NCBI GenBank assembly: GCA_964291285.2
Contig: OZ219787.1
Coordinates: forward strand, 832,001-896,000
DNA: 64,000 nucleotides
Reading direction: 5' to 3'
Origin: Alphaproteobacteria bacterium
GTDB taxonomy: Bacteria > Pseudomonadota > Alphaproteobacteria > Bin95
A program made the position numbers and the translations under genes. Under the pieces are notes generated by a model. That model searched no databases. It saw only the letters and a list, made by a program, of their open reading frames with translations, and was not told the origin of the DNA. This document shows positions 21,104 through 31,437 of the stretch, one piece after another; position 1 is the first letter of the stretch; each line of letters begins with the position of its first letter.

Positions 21104-22135
21104 TCAGTAGGTTTCGACGTAGCTCCCGTCCACCAGCTTGTCGATGCCGATCTCGCCCTTGACGAGCCCTTCGGCCTTGAACCAGTCGAGCTGCGCCTGG
21201 ACGCTCGACAGGTTCAGCTTGGCGCCCTCATTGAGCCGCATCGCGCCGTTGCGGATCGACGGTGCGGCCTTTTCGTAAGGCCGGCTGGTATAGACATATT
21301 TGTGGATGAGCCTGACCGTCTCTTCCGCGACGTCCTCGCCGGCCGTCTTGTCCACCAGCGCGGCGTTGAAATCCGCCGCCCCGCGCGAGAAGGCCGCGAG
21401 GAAGCGCTTTGTCAGGTCCCGCTTGTTCGCCGCGTTCTCCGCCGAGGTGAACACGGTCGTGACCTGGTAGTCGGGCGCATAGTCGTTGACCCAGCCGATG
21501 ATGTGGACCGCGCCGCCTTTGGCGAGCGCCTTGGCGATATGCGGAACGATCGCCCAGGCGTCGATCTGGCCCGACTTGAGCGCGCCGATGACCGCACCGA
21601 CCTTCTGCAGCGGCTTGAGCTTGATCTCGGACATCGGGATACCTTCCTTCTCGGCGATGCGCGACGCCATGTAGTGGAAGGAGGAGCCCGTCTGCGTGAT
21701 GCCGAAGCTGCGCCCGGCGAGCTTCGCCGGCGAGGTCACGCCGTCCTTGAATGCCGCATCGGAAACGAGGATCGCGGACCCGTCGATCCCGTCTTCCTCG
21801 TGCAGCGCGCCGCCGACGATCTTGATGGCGTCCTTGTCGGCGAGGTTTATGAGCCCGCCGGTAATCGCCGTGACGCCGTAGTCGATGTCACCGGAGGCAA
21901 TCGCGACGGCCATGGGCGCGGCGGCCTGGAAATACACGAACTCGACATCGAGCCCGGCTTCCTTGAAATAACCCTTCTCGAAAGCGATGAAGCTCGCGGA
22001 GTGCGAGGTGAAGCGCAGCGCCCCCACCTTGATCTTGTCGTCCGCCGCAACCGCCGTGCCGGCCAGGACCGTCGCTCCCGCCAGCAGCGCCAGCGCCGAC
22101 CGCCGGACCGCGGCGGCAAACCGTGTCGTCAACAT
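21104..22135 (-). CDS. NitT/TauT-family ABC transporter substrate-binding protein
   Basis: Signal peptide; [17 protein letters not shown]; first gene of the operon. Confidence 0.9.
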   Translation of the reverse strand: MLTTRFAAAVRRSALALLAGATVLAGTAVAADDKIKVGALRFTSHSASFIAFEKGYFKEAGLDVEFVYFQAAAPMAVAIASGDIDYGVTAITGGLINLADKDAIKIVGGALHEEDGIDGSAILVSDAAFKDGVTSPAKLAGRSFGITQTGSSFHYMASRIAEKEGIPMSEIKLKPLQKVGAVIGALKSGQIDAWAIVPHIAKALAKGGAVHIIGWVNDYAPDYQVTTVFTSAENAANKRDLTKRFLAAFSRGAADFNAALVDKTAGEDVAEETVRLIHKYVYTSRPYEKAAPSIRNGAMRLNEGAKLNLSSVQAQLDWFKAEGLVKGEIGIDKLVDGSYVETY

Positions 22136-22248
22136 ATCCCGCTTCCTCTCCCGGAAAGACTGCCCGAAGCCGGCCATCATACAGAATGCCGCCGGAACGG
22201 CGAAATCGGGACACCCGTCCCGGTGGAGCGGGCCGGCCGGTTTCGCGT

Positions 22249-23367
22249 CTACGCCGCCATTGCCTCCATCGGCTCGCGGTACGGATAACCGAGCGCGTCG
22301 GCAACCTCCCTGCACGTCACCTCGCCGGCAAGCACGTTGAGACCGTTGCGCAGGTGGGGGTCGTCGGCAAGCGCGTTGCGGTAGCCCTTGTCGGCCAGCG
22401 CCAGCACATGCGGGAGCGTTGCGTTGTTGAGCGCGTGGGTCGATGTCCGCGGGACCGCGCCCGGCATGTTGGCCACGCAGTAATGGACCACGTCGTCCAC
22501 GATATAGGTCGGGTCGCTGTGGGTGGTGGGATGCGAGGTTTCGAAGCAGCCGCCCTGGTCGATGGCAACGTCGACCACCACCGAGCCCGGCTTCATCCGT
22601 CGGATCATGTCTTCCGTGACAAGCTTCGGGGCGGCCGCGCCCGGAATGAGCACGCCGCCGATCACCACGTCCGCGTCGGTGACGTGGCGGTCGATCGCGG
22701 TGCGGGTGGAGTAGGCGGTGTCGAGCGGGTTCCCGAACTGGCGCCACAACGCCCGCAGCGCCGCGGCCGAGCGGTCTATGGCCCATGTATCGGCGCCCAT
22801 TCCCATTGCGATGTGCGCGGCGTTGGTGCCCACCACCCCGCCGCCGATGATGACCACCTTGGCCCGCGGCACGCCGGGCACGCCTCCAAGCAGCATGCCT
22901 TTGCCCCCATTGACCGTTTCGAGCGCATGGGCCGCAGCCTGGACGGAGAGCCGGCCCGCCACCTCCGACATGGGCGCTAGCAGGGGCAGGCCGCCGCCCG
23001 GCGAGGTGACGGTCTCGTAGGCGATGCAGACCGCCTTGCTCCTGACGAGGTCCTCGGTCTGCTCCGGGTCCGGCGCAAGGTGCAGATAGGTGAAGAGCAC
23101 CTGCCCCTCGCGCAGCATGGCGCGCTCCGCGGCCAGCGGCTCCTTGACCTTCACGATCATCTCCGCCCGCTCGAAGACCGCCTGCGCGGTGTCGACGATC
23201 TCAGCGCCTGCCCCGGCATAGTCGGCGTCGTCAGCCCCGATGCCCGCTCCGGCGCCTTGCTCCACGAACGCGCGGTGACCGTGCAAAACCAGTTCGTTCA
23301 CGCTGTCAGGCGTGAGTCCCACACGGTATTCGTGGTCCTTGGTCTCCTTCGGCACCCCGATGAGCAT
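22249..23367 (-). CDS. ald: Alanine dehydrogenase
   Basis: [60 protein letters not shown]. Confidence 0.96.
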   Translation of the reverse strand: MLIGVPKETKDHEYRVGLTPDSVNELVLHGHRAFVEQGAGAGIGADDADYAGAGAEIVDTAQAVFERAEMIVKVKEPLAAERAMLREGQVLFTYLHLAPDPEQTEDLVRSKAVCIAYETVTSPGGGLPLLAPMSEVAGRLSVQAAAHALETVNGGKGMLLGGVPGVPRAKVVIIGGGVVGTNAAHIAMGMGADTWAIDRSAAALRALWRQFGNPLDTAYSTRTAIDRHVTDADVVIGGVLIPGAAAPKLVTEDMIRRMKPGSVVVDVAIDQGGCFETSHPTTHSDPTYIVDDVVHYCVANMPGAVPRTSTHALNNATLPHVLALADKGYRNALADDPHLRNGLNVLAGEVTCREVADALGYPYREPMEAMAA

Positions 23368-23625
23368 AGCGACAACCTCCATGACGGGCGGGCATTGCGA
23401 ATCCCGGCCTCTCCCGGAATGTGGTGAGGCGGCGGGCGGTCGTCCAGACCCAGCCGCCTCATACCGGCGGCTGCGGTCAAGGACCGACAAGCCTCCTCTG
23501 TCGCCCCGGACGGTGGGGGGAGCCGGAGCCTCGCGCCACAAGGGAAACGGGGCGGCAATCCCCATGGGTCGCAACTCGGCGCCGCTGGCAGCATGAGTTC
23601 CACCCCCGCCTCGAGCGCGCCGGCG

Positions 23626-24042
23626 TCAGCCGCCGGCGGGCCTGGGAGCGGGGTTGCGGCGCCATGCGAGGCGGCGGCGGCGCTGCAGGCCATGGCGCTT
23701 CAGGAAGCGGTGCAGGGTGGTTACGGCGAAAACCGCGCCTTCGGCGGCGAGCGCGCGTTGCAGCGCGCGCACGGAGAGGTCCGGCCGGCTTTCCAGAAGG
23801 CGGGAAATCCGCTCCCGCTCCGGCTCGATCCCGGACGGGCGGCCGCTCTTCGGGTCGGGGCGAAGATGGCCGCGCTGCCGGTAGCGCCTCACCCACCGCC
23901 AGACGCTGGGTTCGCTCACCTCGAAATGCAGAGCGGCGGCCCGCCCGGTCATTCCCTTCTCCAGCACCGCCGCAACCGCCCGGCGCCTCAAGTCCTCGCC
24001 GACGGGACTGCCCCGCCTGCGTTCCGTCAATGTCCCGGTCAT
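23626..24042 (-). pseudogene. IS630-family transposase N-terminal HTH part (no DDE domain seen)
   Basis: DLRRRAVAAVLEKGMTGRAAALHFEVSEPSVWRWVRRYR, PDLSVRAL, TLHRFLKRHG. Confidence 0.7.
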
Positions 24043-24150
24043 CTTCCCTCCCCGGCCGCGCCCGGCCCCCTGTCTTCTCCAATGGAACATTACGCGCCCC
24101 GGCCCGGCCGGCGCGCGCAACTCCCCCGTCTGCCGCCCCCGGCGCGTTCA

Positions 24151-26164
24151 CCCGACTTCCGCAACTCGGCTTGAGAATCGACTGATTTGACGGTTTTCCG
24201 GCGCGAGAAGTGTCGGATTTCGGTGCAGTACCTCTCGGGACCGGCTTGTAGTGCCGACCTACCCCCTTGATCGGGCTGGCGAAGATCCGGACGCTGCGCT
24301 GATGTTCGTGCGCTGCAAGAGACGCTTCAAGGACGGCAAGGAGCACCGCTACTGGAGCGTTGTGGAGAACGTCCGGGTCCACGGCGGTCGGGTTGTTCAG
24401 CGTCAGGTGCTCTATCTCGGGGAGATCAACGACAGCCAGCGAGCGGCGTGGTGCCGCTCGATCGAGGTGGTGGAGGGCAAGTCGCGATCACGGCAGATGG
24501 CGCTGTTTCCCGAGGACCGGGAGGCGCCGGCGCTGACTTGCGAAGTGGTGAAGATCGACCTCTCGCAGGTGGCGCTTCACGACCCGCGCCAGTGGGGGGC
24601 GTGCTGGCTGGCGCTGTCCTTGTGGGACCGCCTGGACCTGGACCGCTTCTGGGAAGAGCGGCTGCCGGCGAGCCGGCAAGGCACGCGGTGGCTGGACATC
24701 CTGAAGATCCAGGTCTGCTACCGGCTGATCGACCCGGGCAGCGAGTGGCGCCTTCACCGTCACTGGTATGAGCACAGCGCGCTTCGCGATCTTCTGGGTG
24801 GCGAGCGGGCGATCGCCGACGACACACTCTATCGCTGTCTCGACAAGCTGCTGGCGCACAAGCAGGGCTTCTTCTCGTTTCTGCGCGACCGCTGGGCGAC
24901 GCTGTTCGAGGCGCGCTTCGACGTGCTGCTCTACGACCTGACCTCGACCTACTTCGAGAGCGATCCGCCGTTCGATGACAAGCGCCGCTTCGGCTACAGC
25001 CGGGACAAGCGGCCCGACTGCGTGCAGGTGGTGATCGCCCTGATCGTTACGCCGCAGGGCTTTCCGCTGGCCTATGAGGTGATGCCGGGCAACACCTCCG
25101 ACGACACCACGCTGGCGGCGTTCCTCAAGAAGATCGAGGATCAGTATGGCCGCTCCGAGCGGGTGTGGATCATGGACCGCGGCATCCCCACCGAGGAGAC
25201 GCTGGCCGCGATGCGCGAGGGCGAGGCGCCGGTGCGCTACCTGGTGGGCACGCCCAAGGGCCGGCTGACGCGGCTCGAGAAGGTGTTCCTGGGCCTGCCC
25301 TGGCAGGAGGTGCGCCAGTCCGTGACTGTCAAGCTTCTGGTCGAGGATGGCGAGCTCTACGTCCTGGTGCGCAGCGAGGGGCGGCAGGTGAAGGAACGCG
25401 GCATGCGCCGGCGCCGGCTGAAGAGGCTGTGGCGTCGATTGGCCGAGTTGCAAGGGCAGTCGAACAGCCGGGATCAGTTGTTGCTCAAGCTCGGCGCCGC
25501 CAGGAAGGAGGCCGGCCGGGCCTGGAGCCTGGTCGACATCACCGTGCCCGGGACCGACAGCGAACTCGCCGCCAACGGCTTCTCATTCCGCCTGCAGCGC
25601 GACCGGCTGCGCCAGGTCCGCCGCCGCGAGGGCCGTTACCTGCTGCGATCCAACATGGTCGCCGAAGACCCCGCCACGCTGTGGCATCTGTACATGCAGC
25701 TCGTCGAGATCGAGCAGGCGTTCAAGGAACTCAAGCACGACCTCGCGATCCGCCCCATCTTCCATCAGCGCCAAGAGCGCATCGAGGCGCATATCTTCGT
25801 CTCGTTCATCGCCTACTGCCTGCTGGTGACCCTGAAGAACCTCGCCCGGCCGCGCGCCCCGGGCCTCACCCCACGCGCCATCCTTGAGGCCTTCGCCACC
25901 ATCCAGATGGTGGACGTCCATCTGCCAACCACCGACGGCCGGCACCTCGTCCTGCCGCGCCACACCCGGCCGAACAAGGAGCACGAGCTACTGCTGCAAC
26001 AGCTCGGCATGACCTGGCCGCAGCAACCCGCACCCCGGATCTCCGCCTGACGGCACACGGCGCCGCCTCTCCGTTCGCCGCCTTGTAGTGCCGACCCTCG
26101 GGGAGACGATCAAGGCTATTCAATGAGTTAGCATCCTCATGACCCCCGAGTTGCGGAAGTCGGG
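24151..26164 (+). mobile_element. IS1634-family insertion sequence, copy 3
   Basis: Same IRs and 2014-bp length; flanks do not match (TTCA left, CTAG right). Confidence 0.96.
24302..26050 (+). CDS. IS1634-family DDE transposase
   Basis: Protein identical to copy 2 in the ORF track. Confidence 0.95.
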   Translation: MFVRCKRRFKDGKEHRYWSVVENVRVHGGRVVQRQVLYLGEINDSQRAAWCRSIEVVEGKSRSRQMALFPEDREAPALTCEVVKIDLSQVALHDPRQWGACWLALSLWDRLDLDRFWEERLPASRQGTRWLDILKIQVCYRLIDPGSEWRLHRHWYEHSALRDLLGGERAIADDTLYRCLDKLLAHKQGFFSFLRDRWATLFEARFDVLLYDLTSTYFESDPPFDDKRRFGYSRDKRPDCVQVVIALIVTPQGFPLAYEVMPGNTSDDTTLAAFLKKIEDQYGRSERVWIMDRGIPTEETLAAMREGEAPVRYLVGTPKGRLTRLEKVFLGLPWQEVRQSVTVKLLVEDGELYVLVRSEGRQVKERGMRRRRLKRLWRRLAELQGQSNSRDQLLLKLGAARKEAGRAWSLVDITVPGTDSELAANGFSFRLQRDRLRQVRRREGRYLLRSNMVAEDPATLWHLYMQLVEIEQAFKELKHDLAIRPIFHQRQERIEAHIFVSFIAYCLLVTLKNLARPRAPGLTPRAILEAFATIQMVDVHLPTTDGRHLVLPRHTRPNKEHELLLQQLGMTWPQQPAPRISA

Positions 26165-26507
26165 CTAGCGCAATCCACACATATTGCTGCACCCATAGCA
26201 GCAGGGCCAGACAGGCGGCGGGACTCAGCAAGAGCAGCACCAGGCCCGGATTGGAAGTGATCGAATCGAAGCCGATCAGGAGTACAAGAACCACGAAGCC
26301 GACAGCCCATTGAAACATACCGATCCCTGCTGTGCGGATCTGGAACCGGCGGTGGCCGGGCGCCCGTTCGTCGGCAGTCCGGTCCAGATAAGCCAAGGCG
26401 GCGCCGACGATCGCGAGCGGCCCGAAGACAAGGCCGCCAAGATACAGCGCATAGACGATCCCGGTCTTTACGGCCGCCTCCGCCTCACCACAGCCAGGTC
26501 GTGACAT
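26165..26507 (-). pseudogene. DUF4870-like membrane protein paralog truncated by IS1634 copy 3
   Basis: IVYALYLGG...AYL...HRRFQIRT parallels the neighbouring genes; the C-terminus runs into the IS end. Confidence 0.65.
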
Positions 26508-26850
26508 TCGGATAGGGCTCGGAGCGGGACACGTACTGGAGGCCCTTGACGCAACGGACGATCCACCAGACTAGCACCGCCAGCAGCATCAGCCAGCCGA
26601 CCAGGAACACCGTCGAGACGGCTCCGACAGCCGAATACAGGATGCCGATCCAGAAGGTCCTGATCTGGAACCGGTAATGGTCGCCCGCCCAGCCGTCGGC
26701 GTCATTCCGGCTGACATAGGCGACGATGACGCCGATCAGCGCCAGCAGCCCGACGACAATGGCGGCGAGATAGAGGATGTAGACGACCTTCGCGTTGCCG
26801 CCGCTCTCCCCAGCGCCACCGCTCGCAGGCAGTATGTCGTTGCCCTGCAT
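26485..26850 (-). CDS. DUF4870-like small membrane protein
   Basis: VVYILYL, GVIVAYV, HYRFQIRTFW, WWIVRCVKG, PNVTTWLW. Confidence 0.8.
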   Translation of the reverse strand: MQGNDILPASGGAGESGGNAKVVYILYLAAIVVGLLALIGVIVAYVSRNDADGWAGDHYRFQIRTFWIGILYSAVGAVSTVFLVGWLMLLAVLVWWIVRCVKGLQYVSRSEPYPNVTTWLW

Positions 26851-26877
26851 CCCCTGTCTCCCGTCGCCGTCAGCGCC

Positions 26878-27366
26878 TCACCACAGCCAGGTTGCCGGAT
26901 TGGGGTAGAGCTCCTGCCGGGACAGATAGCGCAGCCCCTTGACGCAGCGAATGGCGAACCAAAGGTGAATTGCGTAACCCACCATTTCGCTCGCGACATT
27001 GATTAGCCCTAGCCACGGGACAATTTCCGCCAAAATCACAAGGACCGAAACATTGATCCCTGCATAAAGCCACGAAATCCAGAAAGTCCGGATCTGTACC
27101 CTGAAATGCGTGGCCATCGTCTCATCGGCCGTCTTGCGGTCCCCATAAGCCCGGACCAAGACGATTACCAGCACAATGAACGACATCAATCCAAGAGACC
27201 CTGCGACGGGGAATACCCAATCCGCAGCGTATGGCGAGTCGTCCAGCAGGACACTCGCAACAAGCCCGAGGCCGGTCCCCACAAGAAACAGGACATAGTT
27301 CGACCTCGCGCGCCGGGCGCTTTCCGCCCTGTCGGCTACGGGCCGGCTCTCGTCGGCGTCGGCCAT
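26878..27366 (-). CDS. DUF4870-like membrane protein paralog
   Basis: HFRVQIRTFW, IRCVKGLRYLS, PNPATWLW; ATG overlaps the LLM gene stop. Confidence 0.75.
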   Translation of the reverse strand: MADADESRPVADRAESARRARSNYVLFLVGTGLGLVASVLLDDSPYAADWVFPVAGSLGLMSFIVLVIVLVRAYGDRKTADETMATHFRVQIRTFWISWLYAGINVSVLVILAEIVPWLGLINVASEMVGYAIHLWFAIRCVKGLRYLSRQELYPNPATWLW

Positions 27367-28676
27367 CAGTCGTCTCCCGCCGCCGCGGCTTCCTCCCTTG
27401 CCATCGGGTCGGCGGCCGGGACGGTGATGTCGGCGGCGGCGTGGTGGGTGGAGCGGGCGTCCGGGTCCTGGTCGGTCTGGACGATATTGCGTCCGAACGC
27501 GCCCACCAGCGGAATGTCCGCCTCCGCGACCGGCGCCATGCGCGGCTTGCGGGCGAGCGCCGCCTCGATCCAGGGCGCAAGCTCCTCGGCCTTCCTTGCC
27601 TCGCGCTCCTCCTCGCCCGCCTTGAAGTGCGGCATGACCTCGGCCGAGAACAGTTCCATCGCCTCGCAGATATGGCGGTGCTCGTTCTTGCCGCCCTGCT
27701 GGATGAAGATCACCTGGTCCACGCCCGCATCGGCGAACTCCTGCAGATGCTCGCGCACCTCGTCCGGCGTGCCGATGCCGCTGCCCTTGCCGACATCGTC
27801 CATATGCTCGCGCGCTTCCTCGAAACGCTCCCAGACCCCCGTCACGCCGGGCTTGTGCCCGCCGAAGACGTAATAGTGGCCGAGCGAATAGCCGAAATAG
27901 CGGAAGCCGTCCGCGCCGCGCCGCTTGGCCTCCTCCGCATCGTGGTGGACCGAGAAGCCGGTGCACATGGCGATGTTGGCGTTGACCGCGTGGCCGATGG
28001 GCACGCATTCCTCGGACTTGATGATGGCGTAATATTCCTCGACCCATTGCCGCGCCACGTCCGGGTTGACGAAGGCGAAGGTGAGCGCGCCGATGCCGGC
28101 CCGCGCCGCGGCGTGGATCGTCTCCATGCGCGAGCAGGCGACCCAGAGCGGCGGATGCGGCTGCTGGTAGGGCTTCGGCAGCACATTGCGGCAGGGCATG
28201 GAGAAGAACTGCCCCTCGAAGCCCGGATAGGGCTCCATGGTCATCATGTTGGCCGACTGCTCGGTCGCCTCGAACCACATCGCCTTCTTGTCGTCCATCG
28301 GCACGCCGAAGCCTTCCATCTCCATGCGCGAGGCGCTCTCGCCGGTGCCCCAGTCCACCCGGCCGTCGCTGATGAGGTCGAGCGTGGCGATGCGCTCGGC
28401 GACGCGCGCCGGGTGGTTGTAGGGCGGCGGGGAGAGCACCACCGCGTGGCCGAGGCGGATCCGCTTCGTGTTGCGCGCGCAGGCGGCGAGGAACACTTCC
28501 GGCGCGGAGGAGTGCGAATACTCCTCCAGGAAATGGTGCTCGTTCTCCCAGACATAGTCGAAGCCCAGCCGGTCGGCCAGTTCCACCTGCTCCAGGGCCT
28601 CGTGCAGCAGGTCGTAGTCCGACTTTTCCTTCCAGCTTCGCGGCAGCTGGTGTTCGTAAAGCAATCCGAATTTCAT
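27366..28676 (-). CDS. LLM-class (luciferase-like) flavin-dependent oxidoreductase
   Basis: MKFGLLYEHQ, WENEHHFLEEYSHSSAPE, RVAERIATLDLISDGR, PKPYQQPHPPLW. Confidence 0.92.
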   Translation of the reverse strand: MKFGLLYEHQLPRSWKEKSDYDLLHEALEQVELADRLGFDYVWENEHHFLEEYSHSSAPEVFLAACARNTKRIRLGHAVVLSPPPYNHPARVAERIATLDLISDGRVDWGTGESASRMEMEGFGVPMDDKKAMWFEATEQSANMMTMEPYPGFEGQFFSMPCRNVLPKPYQQPHPPLWVACSRMETIHAAARAGIGALTFAFVNPDVARQWVEEYYAIIKSEECVPIGHAVNANIAMCTGFSVHHDAEEAKRRGADGFRYFGYSLGHYYVFGGHKPGVTGVWERFEEAREHMDDVGKGSGIGTPDEVREHLQEFADAGVDQVIFIQQGGKNEHRHICEAMELFSAEVMPHFKAGEEEREARKAEELAPWIEAALARKPRMAPVAEADIPLVGAFGRNIVQTDQDPDARSTHHAAADITVPAADPMAREEAAAAGDD

Positions 28677-28793
28677 GCGTATCGGTCCTTCCGGGCGGGC
28701 TTGGGCCGGGCAGCATAGCGCCTCGGCCGTGGCAATGGCGAGATTTCCGGGCTAGGCTCGGCCACGAGTCCAGAGAAGCAGGAGCCGGAGCCC

Positions 28794-29663
28794 ATGGCCG
28801 CGCCCGCCCGCGAGATCGCCTCCCCGCCCTTCACGATGAAGCCGCTGTCCCCGGTGGGCGGCGTCGAAATCCGCGGCATCGACCTGGCCGCGCCCTTCGG
28901 CGACGAGGTCTTCGACGCCATCATGGATGCCTTCCTGGAGCACCACATCCTGGTGTTCCGCGACCAGAAGCTCTCCGGGGAGGCGCAGCTCGCCTTCACC
29001 CGGCGCTTCGGCGAGATCGAGGAGCATGTCGGGCGGCTGCCGAACGGCGAGAAGTATCCGCTACTGCACGTCATCCACAATCTCGACGAGGACGGCAACC
29101 CGGTCCGCATCTCCGGCGGCAACTATTTCTGGCACACGGACAAGTCCTACCATGCCGTGCCCTCGCTGCTGACCATGCTGCATGCGGTCGAGACGCCGTC
29201 GGAGGGCGGCGACACCCAGTTCGCCAACATGCACATGGCCTGGGACTCGCTTGGCCGGGAGACGCAGGAGGAGGTCTCGGACCTCTGCGCCATCCACAGC
29301 TGGGAGGCCAACCGGCGCAACACCAAGCAGTCGCCGGCGACCGACATCCAGAAGCGCGAGCGCCCGCCCGTCAGGCACCCGGTCGTGCGCTCCCACCCCG
29401 TCACCGGGCGCAAGGCGCTCTATCTCGGCATCCACACGAGCCATATCGACGGACGGCCGAAGGAAGAGGGCCACGCCTTCCTGAACCGGCTGCTGCGCCG
29501 CGCGACCAAGGCGGACTTCATCTACACGCACAAATGGCAGAAGGGCGACCTCGTGCTCTGGGACAATCGCTGCCTGCTGCACCGCGCGGTCGCCAATTTC
29601 GACATGGAGAGCGAACGCCGGGTACTGCACCGCACGGTCGTGAAGGGCACGGTTCCCTACTGA
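28794..29663 (+). CDS. TauD/TfdA-family 2-oxoglutarate dioxygenase
   Basis: WHTDKSY (HxD), GGDTQFAN, HPVVRSHPVTGRKAL, WDNRCLLHRA. Confidence 0.93.
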   Translation: MAAPAREIASPPFTMKPLSPVGGVEIRGIDLAAPFGDEVFDAIMDAFLEHHILVFRDQKLSGEAQLAFTRRFGEIEEHVGRLPNGEKYPLLHVIHNLDEDGNPVRISGGNYFWHTDKSYHAVPSLLTMLHAVETPSEGGDTQFANMHMAWDSLGRETQEEVSDLCAIHSWEANRRNTKQSPATDIQKRERPPVRHPVVRSHPVTGRKALYLGIHTSHIDGRPKEEGHAFLNRLLRRATKADFIYTHKWQKGDLVLWDNRCLLHRAVANFDMESERRVLHRTVVKGTVPY

Positions 29664-30187
29664 TCCGTTTCCGGCGGCCCGTCCGCGTCGATAACCTGCC
29701 GGGCGAGGTCCAGCCGGAAGCCGGCCCGCGCCATCGCGGCCAGGTCTTTCTCCCGCCGCTCGGCGCGCCCGGCCGGGTCGCGCCACGGCCCGAGCCGCCT
29801 GCGCCGCGCCAGCGCCCGGGCGGCCCGTAGTTCCGCCGCACTGTCCTCCTCGCCAAGCAACCGCTCGATCTCGGCCCGCGGCGCGCCTTTGGAGGAAAGC
29901 CGCGCCGCAAGCCCGCGCGCCGAGGTTCCGCGCCGGCGCAGCGCCCGCGCCTGCGCCTCGGCCCAGGCGCGGTCGTCGATCAGACCCATGCGCGCGAGGT
30001 CGGCGAGCACGGCGTCGATATCCTCCTCGCCGGCGCGGATCTCCGCCCCGCGTGCGGCCCCCCGCTCCAGCCTGCGCTGCAGCAGGCGCCGGACATGCGC
30101 GGTCGGCGCGGCATAGCGCGCGAGATAGGTAAGCGCCGCGCGCCGGAGCCGCGCCCGGTCCCAGACCCCCGGCTTCCGGCGTCTCAT
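29657..30187 (-). CDS. recX: Regulatory protein RecX
   Basis: AALTYLARYA, GLIDDRAWA, RRRRLGPW, AMARAGF (alphaproteobacterial type). Confidence 0.85.
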   Translation of the reverse strand: MRRRKPGVWDRARLRRAALTYLARYAAPTAHVRRLLQRRLERGAARGAEIRAGEEDIDAVLADLARMGLIDDRAWAEAQARALRRRGTSARGLAARLSSKGAPRAEIERLLGEEDSAAELRAARALARRRRLGPWRDPAGRAERREKDLAAMARAGFRLDLARQVIDADGPPETDQ

Positions 30188-30215
30188 CGCTGCGCCGGGC
30201 GCCGCCGCCCCGATA

Positions 30216-31091
30216 TCAGGCGCCCGAACCCATCGGTTCGCTGCGGTCCACCACACGCTCGGCCGGGCCGACGATCATGGGGTCCGGGCTCACCACAACC
30301 TCCGCATCCTTGTCCGGATAGGGGAGGTGCGAGAGGAAGTGCTGCATGCAGGCCAGGCGGGCACGCTTCTTGTCGTCCGACTTGATGACCGTCCAGGGCG
30401 CGTCGGCCGTGTCGGTATAGAAGAACATCGCCTCCTTGGCCTGCGTGTAGGCGTCCCACTTGTCGAGCGACGCCAGGTCGATGGGGGAGATCTTCCACTG
30501 CTTCAGCGGGTCGGTGAGCCGGCTGTCGAACCGGCTCGCCTGCTCGTCCTGCGTCACCGAGAACCAGTATTTGAACAGGAAGGTGCCGCTGCGGACCAGC
30601 ATCCGCTCCAGCTCCGGGCACTGGCGCATGAACTCCAGATATTCGGACCCGGTGCAGAAGCCCATCACGCGCTCGACGCCGGCACGGTTGTACCAGGACC
30701 GGTCGAACATCACGATCTCGCCGGCCGCCGGAAAGTGGCGGACATAGCGCTGGAAGAACCACTGGCTCTGCTCCCGCTCGCTCGGCTTTTCCAGCGCCAC
30801 CACCCGGGCCCCGCGCGGATTCAGGTGCTCCATGAAACGCTTGATGGTGCCGCCCTTGCCGGCAGCGTCTCGGCCCTCGAAGAGCACGATCACCTTGGCG
30901 CCCGACTCCCGGACCCAGTGCTGCGCCTTCAGCAGTTCGACCTGGAGCGCCGACTTGAGTCTTTCGTACTCGGCCCTCGGCAGCCGGTCCGGATAGGGAT
31001 AGACGCCTTCGCGAAATACCCTGGCGACGGTGTCCTCGGTGGCCTGGCCTTCCGGCGCCGCGCCGTTCCCCTGGATTGCTGCGTCCTGCAT
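30216..31091 (-). CDS. ppk2: Polyphosphate kinase 2
   Basis: FEGRDAAGKGGTIKRF, FDRSWYNRAGVERVMGFC, DPLKQWK. Confidence 0.95.
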   Translation of the reverse strand: MQDAAIQGNGAAPEGQATEDTVARVFREGVYPYPDRLPRAEYERLKSALQVELLKAQHWVRESGAKVIVLFEGRDAAGKGGTIKRFMEHLNPRGARVVALEKPSEREQSQWFFQRYVRHFPAAGEIVMFDRSWYNRAGVERVMGFCTGSEYLEFMRQCPELERMLVRSGTFLFKYWFSVTQDEQASRFDSRLTDPLKQWKISPIDLASLDKWDAYTQAKEAMFFYTDTADAPWTVIKSDDKKRARLACMQHFLSHLPYPDKDAEVVVSPDPMIVGPAERVVDRSEPMGSGA

Positions 31092-31308
31092 CGTCGGCCT
31101 CCCGAAGGTTCCCTGCCGTCCGACGGCTCGCTGACGCTGTGGCGCCCTGGAATAACGGCCGATGTCCTTCGCAACAGCCGTCCGAAGCGGAAGCGCGTCC
31201 CGCGCTGCGCCGGCGGCGGGCCGTCGGGCGAAGACGGTATGCCCCGTCCCTGCCCGATGCAAGCCCGCGCCGGCCGGAGGCGAATCCCTTCCGGCTCGGC
31301 CCGCCAAC

Positions 31309-31353
31309 GTCACCCCGGCCGGAGCGAAGCGGAGAGCCGGGGTCCATCTTCCG
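31309..31353. repeat. Palindromic intergenic repeat (REP-like)
   Basis: GTCACCCCGGCCGGAGCGAAGCGGAGAGCCGGGGTCCATCTTCCG; near-identical copy at 38373-38417. Confidence 0.75.
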
Positions 31354-31437
31354 ACCTTTCCACCGCGCCGAAACGGCCCGGGATGGGCCCCGGATCGCAG
31401 TCCGGGGCGACGAACCGGGGCAGGAAGCCCGCGCCGG

